Position numbers and translations under genes: made by a program. Positions 9,807-20,647 of a stretch of DNA of 64,000 nt are shown one piece after another. Under the pieces are notes generated by a model. That model was given only the letters and a program-made list of their open reading frames with translations, was not told where the DNA came from and searched no databases. Source of the DNA: Paramoeba atlantica (lineage: Eukaryota > Protista > Discosea). Numbering within the stretch: position 1 is the stretch's first letter; the number at the start of each line of letters is the position of its first letter. Where the stretch lies: NCBI GenBank assembly GCA_977017575.1, contig CDRNVI010000020.1:496001-560000 (forward strand). The letters run 5' to 3'.

Positions 9807-10715
9807 ATGTTTGATGACCTTTGTGAGGAGTTATGGAATCTCACCTCACTGAATCGTTCCGTTATTGATTCCTTATCCCGACAACTCGCTGTTTTATGTG
9901 CAGAGGACGACGAGTCCGAATCCGGTGCCAACACCTCCACGCTGTGGGACACTTTAAAAAATCTCATGCGGCAAAGAGAGGGGTGCGCACAGCTCGTGCC
10001 CTGGTTTGTTTTGGACCGTTTACTAAAAGAAGACCCAGAACACTGGAGCGAGATCATCCCCGAAGAAGAATTCGTAACCCTTGCCATAGAATACATGCCA
10101 TGGTTCACATCTCATTCTCTCGAAAAACCTGAAAAACAAGACACTGAGGACATCCACACCCCTTCTCTTCTTTCCCAATCTCACGCCCTATTACAAAGTT
10201 TAGGTACTTTTCTACCTTCACCCTGGATTGAACAAATTCGTGAAAAAACAACAAATCCGGAAACCGTGCGTACCAAACGCGAGCTCTCCAAATCGCTGGC
10301 CTTTCCTTCCCTTCCCGAGGATTCTCCTACGGAAAAAGGGGGAGAGCTCGCTCTTCCTCCCCCTATCCCCACCCCTCTACCCCACCCCCAAGCCCTTGGC
10401 ATGTATACCCAGCAACGTGCCCCGAAATTTACAACTTCATCATCATCGACTTCCACTATCTCTTTCGTAGAAAACGAAATCGATGAAAAAAACAGAACCA
10501 ATGCCCTCGAGACGAAACAAACGTTAAATTTATCAGATCACAAACTTTCCGTGCGAAGCTCGGAGAGTTTGTTATCCGTGCGCGCCTTGGGGAGCCTAGC
10601 CCCCCCGGCGCCTCTGGAGGTTCCGGTGGTTCTCCCCGTGCCGGGGTTCGAGGCCCCCCGGGGCATTTGGTCCCGCCCCCGGAGGATCATGCCGCTACCA
10701 CACGTGAAAGTTTAA
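9807..10715 (+). CDS. Hypothetical protein, probable N-terminal part of a frameshifted gene 9807-12445
   Basis: 302-aa ORF overlapping the next ORF by 49 nt; adding one G at ~10670 fuses the frames. Confidence 0.6.
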   Translation: MFDDLCEELWNLTSLNRSVIDSLSRQLAVLCAEDDESESGANTSTLWDTLKNLMRQREGCAQLVPWFVLDRLLKEDPEHWSEIIPEEEFVTLAIEYMPWFTSHSLEKPEKQDTEDIHTPSLLSQSHALLQSLGTFLPSPWIEQIREKTTNPETVRTKRELSKSLAFPSLPEDSPTEKGGELALPPPIPTPLPHPQALGMYTQQRAPKFTTSSSSTSTISFVENEIDEKNRTNALETKQTLNLSDHKLSVRSSESLLSVRALGSLAPPAPLEVPVVLPVPGFEAPRGIWSRPRRIMPLPHVKV

Positions 10716-12445
10716 AAACAAAATTAAAAGCGATCTTTCAACGACAGCGTGAGGAAAAGGAAAAAAAGAGGATAAGTCAGGGCGAAAGAACGACAGAAGA
10801 AAAAGATGAATTTATGTCAAGGCTAAGGGATTCGGATCTGGCATCGGAATTTGCGAGTGCATCGGAGCAGGAAGAGGACACGCTGGAGGATCGAGAAGAT
10901 GAGGGCAATAAACAACCTGTGGTTTCTACCCGTATGCACTCGACCCTGCTCGATTTCACTGACCTTACGTTACCCACGGAATACCCTCGAGACCCTTTAG
11001 GGGTACAAATCGGAAACTACCCGCTCGGGGTGAAATTTCTGCGTGATGCGATTCGACAATGTGGAGGGGCGATTGAACTCTCCCGCATGGAGCGTCGTGT
11101 GGCGCTCACCAAAGATCTCCGGGAGAGTATTGGCGATTTACGACAATTTCTAGAAATTCACAGCGCTACATTTTGGATTCGTCCCGAACTTCGACCTCTT
11201 GAAACAGCCGAAATAGGAAACCGACCCGAGGACGCGGCGCTCACCTCCAAACCGCTACTCGTGGAGAAATCCCCAGCCGGGGGGGTTCTCTCCGAGAAAA
11301 AGATCACGGTGCTTGTGGTTCGTGTGCGAGGGGATGCTCTCCCCTCCCCAGGCCTCGAGGCCACCTATGTCCACATGCGTTGTCCCGAGTGTGATCTCCC
11401 CCTTAACGGCTACACCCTCCCCCGACACCGTAACAGTCGTCTCTGCTGTGGAATTCAACTCATGAAAGGTGCCGAGGGGGAGGAGAAAACCCCCATTATG
11501 TTTCTGGCCAAAACGGCCACCGAGATCGCACAAAAGTACCACGGGGGGAAACCACAACCCCTCGAGGACAGCGATCTGGAAACCTTTGCCTTGGCGCTCG
11601 AGGGGGCCTCGGAAGTTCCCCGTTTTCGCTACGCCAGCAGTTCACAATTTCGTCTCGTGGTGCTTCGTGGGATTATGGCGATCCGCAACCAATGGTGTTC
11701 CGCTCGGGGGGTAAACTACGTTCAAGACATTGTCCCTTTTCGATGGGAGGAGCGCGGGGTTGTCTCGTTTTTCCAAACCCTCGGGGCGAATCTGTCAAGG
11801 CTGCCGGTGCCTTGGATCGAGCTCGGGGAGATGAACGACCTGTGCGGTGCGGTGTGTACGAAACGCAAGAAACCGTTCCCTCCCCCTCCCCGACCTGCGG
11901 ATCCGCGGATTCGCCCTCGAAATGAGTATCCCGGCTTCTTGTTTTGCGAGGAGGGGGAGATGGTGGAGGATGCGAACTCCGAGGCGGAGCTCGAGTACAG
12001 CGATGAGGAGGGGGCGCAGTACGAGTATGCCCCCCCGGTGAGTGTGACGCAAATGGTGCTGGCCGCCGGGAGGACACGGGAGACACGGAAATTGGCCCAT
12101 TTTCTGCGTACCGCCCCGGGACGACCCGCGGCAAGGGTGAAACGGAATAGAGCGATCGAGGAGGAAAAGCGGAGGGTCGTGGAGGCCTGGGAGAGTTACG
12201 GGTTTCATCATCCGGAGGAGTGGAGAGATCAGGAGGGGGAGGTGAATCCGGAGGGGGAAAGCTTTTCGGTGCTTGCGGCGGCAGGAGAGGGGGAAAAGGG
12301 GTATGGGACGGTGCACCGGAATGCGCTCTTTGGGGAGGTGTTTCGTCCGGCGGAAATGGATGTGGATCGGGTAGAGGATGAACAAGGGAGAAAGAATCGA
12401 TTTACGGAGGAGGAAGGGGTGACAGGGAAGGTGACGTTTTTTTGA
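10667..12445 (+). CDS. Hypothetical protein, C-terminal part; CxxC...H...C putative zinc finger
   Basis: Long ORF containing CPECDLPLNGYTLPRHRNSRLC. Confidence 0.7.
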   Translation: MVPPPEDHAATTRESLKTKLKAIFQRQREEKEKKRISQGERTTEEKDEFMSRLRDSDLASEFASASEQEEDTLEDREDEGNKQPVVSTRMHSTLLDFTDLTLPTEYPRDPLGVQIGNYPLGVKFLRDAIRQCGGAIELSRMERRVALTKDLRESIGDLRQFLEIHSATFWIRPELRPLETAEIGNRPEDAALTSKPLLVEKSPAGGVLSEKKITVLVVRVRGDALPSPGLEATYVHMRCPECDLPLNGYTLPRHRNSRLCCGIQLMKGAEGEEKTPIMFLAKTATEIAQKYHGGKPQPLEDSDLETFALALEGASEVPRFRYASSSQFRLVVLRGIMAIRNQWCSARGVNYVQDIVPFRWEERGVVSFFQTLGANLSRLPVPWIELGEMNDLCGAVCTKRKKPFPPPPRPADPRIRPRNEYPGFLFCEEGEMVEDANSEAELEYSDEEGAQYEYAPPVSVTQMVLAAGRTRETRKLAHFLRTAPGRPAARVKRNRAIEEEKRRVVEAWESYGFHHPEEWRDQEGEVNPEGESFSVLAAAGEGEKGYGTVHRNALFGEVFRPAEMDVDRVEDEQGRKNRFTEEEGVTGKVTFF

Positions 12446-12764
12446 GTATGACTTTGTTACGGTGTGTTTATAGGCGGCAATAAGCATGCGGGTGAAGTTT
12501 CTTTGACTTGGTAATCATGATCTCTAGAACTTCTGTCCCTTCGATGAAATGGTACATGGCTAGTATTGTTTCTTCATTTTGTAGTTTTGGTTTTGCTTCA
12601 AAATCTAAGTTGAGGAAAGAAATTGGAAATTTTTACAACCTTCACAAGACCAATGCAAAATCTGTTACACCCACCAAACATGTTCTTCCTACTTTGTATT
12701 CGACTATCCTTCTATTTCCTTATTATCTTTTTTTCTAGATTATAGACTTAGACTCTATCTCCTC

Positions 12765-14738
12765 ATGGGCGCTACACGTGATGCCATTCAACTCTACCAC
12801 CTCCACGGGAAATGTGACTACGTCCCCATCCCCTCCAATCTCCTCTCCCAGTCCTACCGCGCTCAATGCTTCGATATCATAAAGAAACTCAAGCGAGAGG
12901 AGATTCCAGCGCAACGGTCGTTCACCAACCAAAAACAAGACAACACAAGCCCGTCACTTCCATCAAAAAAATCGATATGTACTGAAACAAATATTTCACA
13001 AGAAAATATAGTGTTGTCTTCTTCTGAGTTGTCTTCCGACGAGACGAATGCCTCCGAATCCACTCCGGCTTCCTTTTCCTTCACTCCTGCGGATCTCGAG
13101 CTCTGGAAATCCAAATCTCAATCCGATGGTCCCCAAGAGTGTTCTCTGTCTTCCTCTTTTCGTCTTTTTATCGGGCAAACCGCTCCGTATGTCAGCCCTG
13201 TGGTTCTTCGCTGGGTTCTGTGGACGTTGTCCCAATGTGACCCGTTGCAAATACAAACCATGCGTTCTCAACCCTCCGCACCGTTTATGTTTTGTTTCGT
13301 GTCCACAGAGAGTGAAGGGGTTCGTGTGATCTCTCATTTGCATCGCAAAGTGTTGTTTGATGTTTGTGGGGTGTGGATTGCGCGAAATGCTGAGCAGCAT
13401 GAAAAATTGACGCATTTCGTACGTTCCGAGCGATCGACATTTTTGCCCGCACTTCCGCTTCCTCGAGGCGCGATGGTTGTGGAAATGAGTCGTCCCGATC
13501 GAAACCAACGAGGGGCATATTTGTCCAATGCGAATGCTGTCCCGTTTGGCGTTTCTGCGCCGAACGCTTCGCTCCTTTTGGATGAATCCCAACTTGGAAA
13601 TACTGCGAAAGGCTTATCGTTGAACCATCCTACGGAATTGACATGCCGCAACACTACTGGAATGCAACAAGTGCCTTTTATTGATCCGAATTTCATATCC
13701 CCTGTATTGGGTGTAAAGACATCTTCCCCCTTGGGCTCTTTGTCTTGCGTCGCGCCCATGGGGACAATAGTCTCGTTGAGTCCAAATACTACTCCTTTGA
13801 TTTCTCTACCTCCTGTCTATTGGGTCAACTCGCCCATTGGAGTACCTCCTATTTTTGAAAGTCAAACTCCAATACCTCATAGTATTGCTTGTCAAGACGG
13901 ATTGAACGCGATGCAGCCTCTTGTACAGCCCTCTCCTATGCCATTGGTTTCTTATCCTGGGTTCGTAGCGACACCAATCGCTCCGAGTTTTCATGCTCGA
14001 AGTAATTTTGAATCAAATGCGGGATCTGCTTTTAACATCTCACATTCACAGCCGCAGATACATGCAACTCCATATTCTTCCACCCCGAAAAAAGAAATGA
14101 GGTCCGAACTCAATCTCTGCAACTCTTCGAATTCTGCGCAACGTGCAAAGGGGAAACATATTACTCATCAAAGTATCGATACGTCTATTCTCAACCCAAC
14201 AGCACCGCCGTATAGCCCTGTGAATCAATCTAAAAGCGGAAAGTGTGAAATTCTTTCCTCTTCTCAATCAAGTCAAGACTCCACAAAACTATCCACAATC
14301 TCTTCCTCCTCGATCAGTAATGTAACTGGCTCTTCACCTATTTCTGATGATAAAGGTAACCTTTCTAAGGAGAGTATTTCACAAGATTCGAATACAAAAC
14401 TTTCTGGTCACAAATCCGCACATTTTCCCTCAACTCCTCATCGTCCTGACATCAAGCGGTTTGCATCAAAAGAGGCGAAAACGCAAACGAACTTATCCCC
14501 GTCGCCTCCTTCATCTTCTGCCTTGTCGAACAAAGTTTCTTCCGTTCCCTCTTTTTCGGTAACTCCTAAGAAACGTGTGGCACCCAACGACGAGCCCTCT
14601 ACGCAGTCAAAGGCTACGCGAATGGTCTATAGCAGCTCTCCTCGTCGTATGCGCGTTCTGGAATCTCCTGTGGCCTCTCTTATTGCATTTGGACGGATGA
14701 GGCAAATTTTTATTCCGCCCTCTCCTGTAATACCGTAA
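12765..14738 (+). CDS. Protein with a kinetoplastid-type RRM-like domain and a long S/P-rich disordered tail
   Basis: LFIGQ...LRW...LHRKVLFDVCGVWIA...PRGAMVVE resembles, from memory, a domain recurrent in trypanosomatid hypothetical proteins. Confidence 0.7.
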   Translation: MGATRDAIQLYHLHGKCDYVPIPSNLLSQSYRAQCFDIIKKLKREEIPAQRSFTNQKQDNTSPSLPSKKSICTETNISQENIVLSSSELSSDETNASESTPASFSFTPADLELWKSKSQSDGPQECSLSSSFRLFIGQTAPYVSPVVLRWVLWTLSQCDPLQIQTMRSQPSAPFMFCFVSTESEGVRVISHLHRKVLFDVCGVWIARNAEQHEKLTHFVRSERSTFLPALPLPRGAMVVEMSRPDRNQRGAYLSNANAVPFGVSAPNASLLLDESQLGNTAKGLSLNHPTELTCRNTTGMQQVPFIDPNFISPVLGVKTSSPLGSLSCVAPMGTIVSLSPNTTPLISLPPVYWVNSPIGVPPIFESQTPIPHSIACQDGLNAMQPLVQPSPMPLVSYPGFVATPIAPSFHARSNFESNAGSAFNISHSQPQIHATPYSSTPKKEMRSELNLCNSSNSAQRAKGKHITHQSIDTSILNPTAPPYSPVNQSKSGKCEILSSSQSSQDSTKLSTISSSSISNVTGSSPISDDKGNLSKESISQDSNTKLSGHKSAHFPSTPHRPDIKRFASKEAKTQTNLSPSPPSSSALSNKVSSVPSFSVTPKKRVAPNDEPSTQSKATRMVYSSSPRRMRVLESPVASLIAFGRMRQIFIPPSPVIP

Positions 14739-15325
14739 TTTTATACAGTTTTCGTAATTCTATACAGCATTTTTTTGGATAAAGAGGAGTTTCAAAATAG
14801 CAATTTCGCCTTGTTTATTTTTACTTGCTCTTTGCGCAAATAGTTTCATAGCTCGCAATAAAATAACGGCATCTAGCTCAGCGCCACATTTTTTTCACTT
14901 TCACCCTTTTTCACTTGCATCATCTTATTTTTTTTATTTTTCTTGCGTTTCTATTTTTCATTTTCATTTTTAATGTTTTTAGCGAACTCTATAAGGATGG
15001 GAATATGCACGTCTAAAATTATCAAATGACATTTTTCTTTGCTAGATTCATAATTTTCAAAAATGAAAAAGAAAGATTCAATCTTCAAAAGTGAAAAAAG
15101 GAATCACAAAAAATTATTGCGGTGGTTGTATAGCTACCACATTAAAAAAATGTTGTTTTTCATAATTTTTGTTGTGCCTGGACCCACGTTTTGTACCTGT
15201 AGCTAGTTATGGTACCGGGGGAGTAGATTAACCAGGACATGGTTTGTACCTGTAGCTAGTTATGGGGGAGTACATTAACCCGGACGAGGGTTTAGTTAGT
15301 TTCTCCGTATTTTACAATAAATCTT

Positions 15326-15935
15326 ATGATTCGCGGCTTGCGATGTGAATGCACGTTGTTAGCCTACTCCTTTGATGCAGCGGATGAGTCTCCACAGCAA
15401 CCTCCTCAAAAGCGACGAAAATTTGGGAGCAAAGTTATCTCAGTGACCATGTCTCACGTCGACATGATGCGTCGGCTAGTGCAATATGTCAACCACATCC
15501 CTTCCTCATGGAATCAGTCATCCGCATGTTCTTGAGAAGGAGTGAAGTGCAACGAGGAGTCGCAAGTCACAAACCTCCAGTGGTGTGATTTTGATCTCTC
15601 CGGAAACATTACATGGAAATTTACTTCCTCAGATTGTAGAGATTGACGCACAGTGCTATCCAGATAAAGGACGGCTAACAGGAACACTATCTTCCGCTGA
15701 TCTCACTGCCTATTAGTACATTTTAATGTTGGACATTATGACCATCAAGGAATATTTGATTTCACAACACTTCCTGATGTGATGCGCCATCTTATTCCCA
15801 CGATCAATCGACTGAAAGGTTCCATCGATCTAACTCAACTGCCCCCAAATATATCTGTTATTTATGCTGGCTACAATTTCTTTGAGGGCACCATTGAACT
15901 TTCTACATTATCTGCAACACTATGTTGCAAGAAGG
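15326..15935 (+). pseudogene. Decayed LRR paralogue
   Basis: SWNQSSACS*EGVKCN (Trp codon changed to TGA), frameshifts, and residual RLKGSIDLTQLPP and NFFEGTIELSTL repeats. Confidence 0.75.
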
Positions 15936-16986
15936 AATAAGGAATCGGTGGAAAGAATCGGTGGGCTCTTAAGTAAAGGGACTTTCAGCCTATCATGCAG
16001 ATTTATCCGTTCCTTTCTTTCGTAAATTGTGGGGATTACATAATTATCCCACTTTCCTCGGACGCCAAGACGTTGAAAAATGCGCTGGAAATTTTTGACT
16101 TAGCTGGATTCATTTTTTATAAGAAAAACGTAAGAACTAAATGGGCAACAACACTTACATTCAGGGGTCTGAAAATCTACAAAATCTATAATTATAGTAC
16201 TATATACTCCTCTTCTCATTAATTTCTATAAATGCCATTCCTAATAAATTTTTCAGAATTTCCTAATAAATTTTTCAGAAAAAATTTATAGATTTTCAAA
16301 ACATTATGTTTTTGAAGAAAACAAACAGGAAAAGCTAGGATAGAGGGAGAACACCGCAGAAAAATTTGACCCTTACTTCCGACAAAGGCCTTGGATCTCA
16401 CGTTCCGCGATAGCTTATCGCAGAAAAATAGCGTTTTTCCACCAGGCAGGATCATTTATCAGGACTTTTCGCCTAACCATTCTCATTAATTTCTATAACT
16501 ATAAATATAAATCTTCTTTTTTGTTATAATTTATATTTATAGAAATTAATGAGAGGAGGAGTAGTATTATAATTTTTCAAATACTATATAGTACTATAAT
16601 TATAGATTTTGTAGATTTTTAGACCTCACCCCTTTATACCTAGATTATAATTTTTCAAATATTATGTATAAAAATCTATAATTTTTTGAAGAATTTTTGG
16701 CGGGTTTGGATGATTTTTTCCCTCAAAAGAGAGTCCTTGTAACTTCTTTTCTTCCTTTGGCGGAAGAAGCACAATCACAAAAAATTGAAAAATATGTTTC
16801 CTGCCGCGAAACATAAGGAACTTGACTAAGCCTGTCATAAACTGACTTTGTACTTGGTGCCATTCGTACTAAAAGAGAGCATCAAAACGTTTTTGAGCAT
16901 TTTTTCCTGTTACAGATTTTTATGGATTTATAATACTATATAGTACTATATAGTACTATAATTTTTTTTCAAATACTATAAATATA

Positions 16987-17748
16987 CAGGGGGGGCCACG
17001 AAAACTGACAAGGTCCACATTTTAGCGTCCTGAGGCCATTTGAGCTGATTTTTGTTGCAAACGAGAGATCTCGTTCTGAATATCGTGTCTACGCTATTTG
17101 GAGCCCGTTTCTGCTAATCGAAAAACAATATTACAAAATACTGAAATTTTGGGCAAAATATTTTGCAAAAAGTACCGAATAACGTAAAAAAGTCTATTTT
17201 TTCTTCTTTTTACTTACTATGGGTAAACGGAATAGACTAAACCGTCGCCAGCTATCACCCGAACAGTTTTCATATCCTGTGCGCATTGTCTGCGCACACG
17301 AAAACACTATGGGACAACTATTCCGGATACGGTACGTATGATGAACTGTTCAGAGAGCTCTCTCTCTCAGTACAAAGCTTCTATTCCAACGGCCAAGGAA
17401 TATTTGTTGAATAAATGTCACGAGGCTTCTGTGAACACGCTAAAGAGTCTTCCCACGCGCCTCGCTATACTACGCAGGCGTGGAGGTGGGAATACTGGCT
17501 ATTAAGACCTACTTTCTGGATACTTTTTCGGCCGTGGTACGTAAAAATTACGAATTTTAGACCCGTTTTTCAATTTGTAAAATCTTTAAAATTTCACTTT
17601 TGTAACTCATTGGAAACGTTTTCCGGCGAACGTTTTTGTATTTTAAATAGCGTAGACACGATATTCAGAACGAGATCTCTCGTTTGCAACAAAAATCAGC
17701 TCAAACGGCCTCAGGACGCTAAAATGTCAGTTTTCGTGGCCCCCCCTG
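16987..17748. mobile_element. 762-bp MITE with ~110-bp TIRs (CAGGGGGGG ends), TA TSD
   Basis: Long inverted arms CAGGGGGGGCCACGAAAACTGACA...CGTGTCTACGCTATTT at both ends. Confidence 0.9.
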
Positions 17749-17880
17749 TATATAAATGTTTATAATATATTTTGAGACCCCTGCTTACATTTCTGATTAT
17801 TTTTCCATCAAAAGTGATTTTTATTTACTTTCTATTAAAAAAATAATTTACTTTCTATTTCATTTCTCCTTATAAACTTC

Positions 17881-18867
17881 ATGTACACAATATCTGTATA
17901 CAACGGGCTCACAAAAAAGTGTTTCACAACCCAATCATGCCATTCTACGCGAGCTCAACTTTCCGTCCTTCCCAAAACTAAAGCTGCAGTCTTTGGGAAT
18001 ATTTACGCGCACACCACACGCCCATGCAGTACCCAGATCTCTGCTCCCACAATTTTTTCTTGTGAAAAAAACACGATTATCTTTTCTTCCTTTTCCTCCC
18101 TAGGCGATCACCAGGGCGCGTTTCATCCCTCTCGCTTTCACTTGCACGGGTATGGACGAAAGAACATCTCCGAGCGTCCCATATCCTTTGGGGAGCGCCG
18201 ACAACGTCATATTCGAAACACCAAAGAGGAGAGACGCACCAAAGAGGAGCAACAAGACGACGCCCAGCGCTATTGCTCCGAGGAAATGAAAGAGGAGCTC
18301 AGTGCCATTGTCGACCACGTATTCTCCCAAAGTGAGGAGGCCGCCATGACGCTCACCAATATGCCAGGAGCGTTAGAAAAACTTAAAATTGAGGTTTTAG
18401 GAAAAGCACGGCCGTTGTCGCAGTGTGGGAGTTTTCTTCGCCCTTCCCCGCATGAGCTGATCTTCTCCCCTTCGCTTCCGAATATTCTCAGTGCTGTGTT
18501 AATCAAAGCCTCCAAATTTGATGCCGAGTTAAATCCAACAAAGACAGAGGATAATAAAATGAGGTTTCATCTTCCTAGATTGACGAAAACACGTAGAGAA
18601 TCAATTGCTCGGAAAATGAAAATTATAATGGGACATGCGAAGGAAAAGATTTCACAGCATCGACACGTTGCGCTTGAGACTATAAAAGAACTCTGCCCTC
18701 AGATTGACTATCAAAATCATATTGCACTGGTGAAGCAGATTGATGAAAACATGCATGAGGCAGAGGAGAGGTTGTTTGATGAGATGGAACGGAAGATTGA
18801 GGAAATTCATGTCTGCGCGTTGGATGATGGATTAGAGGATGGCGCAGTGGAGGGGTCCGAAAATTAG
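17881..18867 (+). CDS. Mitochondrial ribosome recycling factor-like protein
   Basis: RRF-domain pattern LEKLKIE...PLSQ...LNP...RFHLPRLTKTRRESI; basic presequence-like N-terminus. Confidence 0.75.
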   Translation: MYTISVYNGLTKKCFTTQSCHSTRAQLSVLPKTKAAVFGNIYAHTTRPCSTQISAPTIFSCEKNTIIFSSFSSLGDHQGAFHPSRFHLHGYGRKNISERPISFGERRQRHIRNTKEERRTKEEQQDDAQRYCSEEMKEELSAIVDHVFSQSEEAAMTLTNMPGALEKLKIEVLGKARPLSQCGSFLRPSPHELIFSPSLPNILSAVLIKASKFDAELNPTKTEDNKMRFHLPRLTKTRRESIARKMKIIMGHAKEKISQHRHVALETIKELCPQIDYQNHIALVKQIDENMHEAEERLFDEMERKIEEIHVCALDDGLEDGAVEGSEN

Positions 18868-19141
18868 ACGAAATCGCAGCTAAAATTTTTATATGGTCTG
18901 TTTTGCAAATTCTTATAAAGGGGCTTTCGGTCGTCGTTGCGTTTGCAAATATTTCATGTGGCAAACGATAAACTTATTGCACATTGATTTCCAGTTACGC
19001 ACATACATTTATTAAAAAGGCGATTTGAATATTTTTTGCTATAGAGGATAGCGTAGAGTTCATAGAATAGAGTTCATAGATTACATAAACAACATAAACA
19101 CTTGATCCACTATAACCAATAATAGTTGCTTCGTCAAAAAG

Positions 19142-19220
19142 CGGTGGTTTGTTGGTAAATGGAGCTTCGCAAATTGCTTCCCACTAACGACGCCGCGTAT
19201 GGCTGAAAATGTAACCACCG
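19142..19220. ncRNA. Candidate structured RNA (multi-stem)
   Basis: Nested stems CGGTGGTT/AACCACCG, GTTGGT/ACTAAC, GGAGC/GCTTCC and GCCG/TGGC; T5 run on the minus strand at 19136-19140. Confidence 0.3.
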
Positions 19221-19253
19221 GGAGCCGAACATGCTAACACCAGATTATGAACG

Positions 19254-19306
19254 GCAGGTCCTACCAAATGGACTACCTGGGTTCGAATCCTGGGACCTGC
19301 GTTTTT
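19254..19306 (+). ncRNA. tRNA-like minihelix lacking an anticodon arm
   Basis: Acceptor-like GCAGGTC/GACCTGC, canonical T-arm CTGGG-TTCGAAT-CCTGG, followed by GTTTTT; only 16 nt between the 5' strand and the T-arm. Confidence 0.5.
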
Positions 19307-20343
19307 GAGCAGAGTAATTTGTGTCCAAATCGAGGATAGGGGGGCTGGTCCCCCTTTTCTCACCCTCCTCTATCCACCCTACCCCGGACACCATAAAGAA
19401 GGGAGAGGCGAAGGTTGTAAACAACCCCCGCAATAAACCAGTCTAGTTTACCATACCTACCGTAATATGCCCCCGTGTGTATACCTCCGTAATATACCGG
19501 GGGGTATATTGCGGTGTCCACTCTGGTTTAATATCCCCCCTCCGACACAAATGTCAAAACTCTCAGAAAAAGTCTGACGAAAAGAGCATTTACAAAAAAA
19601 ATAAAGAATTTACAAAAAATAAAGAACCTCTTTTGCGCTTTTGGATCCAAAACTTGACTTTTAATATACCCATACCCTTGTAATATTGTGACCCCCCCTT
19701 TAATGTAGACGCAATTTCGTTTTTTGTCTCTATTAAAGGGGGGAGATGAAATGAGAGTCCGAAACACGAAAAAAAAATCGGCGTCGCTTCGCGGCGCCTC
19801 AGTTTCAGAAGCCTTTGCATATTTAATGGTCAGTTCGTTTTATTTCTCCTTTCTAGGTGGCGTGGGACACGTGCCTCGTACAATCCTATTAAGGAACAAC
19901 GGACGTTCGAGAGCTGCGGTTGAAATTCCGCACTCTGCCTTCCAAAACATTTTACACCTAAGCCAAAAATTATTATCGCTAAAATTCATGGCACAAAAAT
20001 TACTGTTTCTTTAATTTTTTTTAGTTACAGTGACAGTTAATACGAGTGGATTATATTACGGTTATTTTTAATTAAGATTATTTTTAGCCCCGAGAAAAAA
20101 TACTTCTTTTTCATGTCTATCACTATCGACCTCACTTTCATACGAAACACAAACCTTTATAAAATGATCACAGACGAATCCAGTGGCTTGGGCGCTTAAA
20201 AGTTACTCAAAAAGTGTGTTCAAGAATTATTAATTTACGAGTGGATTATATTACGGTTAATTTAATTAAGATTAATTTTAGCCAAAAATAACCTTAAAAG
20301 TGTAATTAAATAATACCGCAATTAAATATAACACTGTATCTCC

Positions 20344-20633
20344 CCAACCCATTAGCGCACGCCCCTCCGGTACCAATTTTGTACCGCGGCATGCGCTATC
20401 TGGGCGTTCCACTTCTGAATGGCTACCCCGATGGCAAAATGGCTAAGGCAACCATTATTGTCCCCGGTGGCCTTCCGAGCTACCAGGTTTAGACTGGAGG
20501 GTCTCGGGGCCGGGGACAATAATGGTTGCCTCAGCCAGTTTGCCATCGGGGTAGCCATTCAGAAGTGGAACGCCCAGATAGCGCATGCCGCGGTACAAAA
20601 TTGGTACCGGAGGGGCGTGCGCTAATGGGTTGG
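20344..20633. repeat. 124-bp inverted repeat (about 2 mismatches, 42-nt loop) of RT-coding sequence
   Basis: Arms 20344-20467 and 20510-20633; each encodes YRGMRYLGVPLLNG. Confidence 0.92.
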
Positions 20634-20647
20634 TCTTGGGGCGTGCG

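Noticed and set aside
15490-15540. TGA-to-Trp recoding suggested by TGA at a conserved Trp in the LRR cap and TGAs in TE fragments
   Set aside because: Those loci also have frameshifts. AsnRS ends at its conserved C-terminus with TGA, and intact genes use TGG for Trp.
19095-19125. U2 snRNA on the minus strand (GATCAAGTGT match)
   Set aside because: Only a 10-nt match; no stem I, branch-pairing context or downstream U2 structure.
19254-19301. Canonical or intron-containing tRNA gene
   Set aside because: The only complement of the 3' acceptor strand lies 16 nt upstream of the T-arm, and no 7-nt anticodon loop can be drawn. Kept as a tRNA-like candidate only.
20352-20625. Two near-identical 68-aa ORFs (MATPMA..) as real genes
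   Set aside because: They are antisense readings produced by the inverted repeat; the meaningful frame is the RT fragment.
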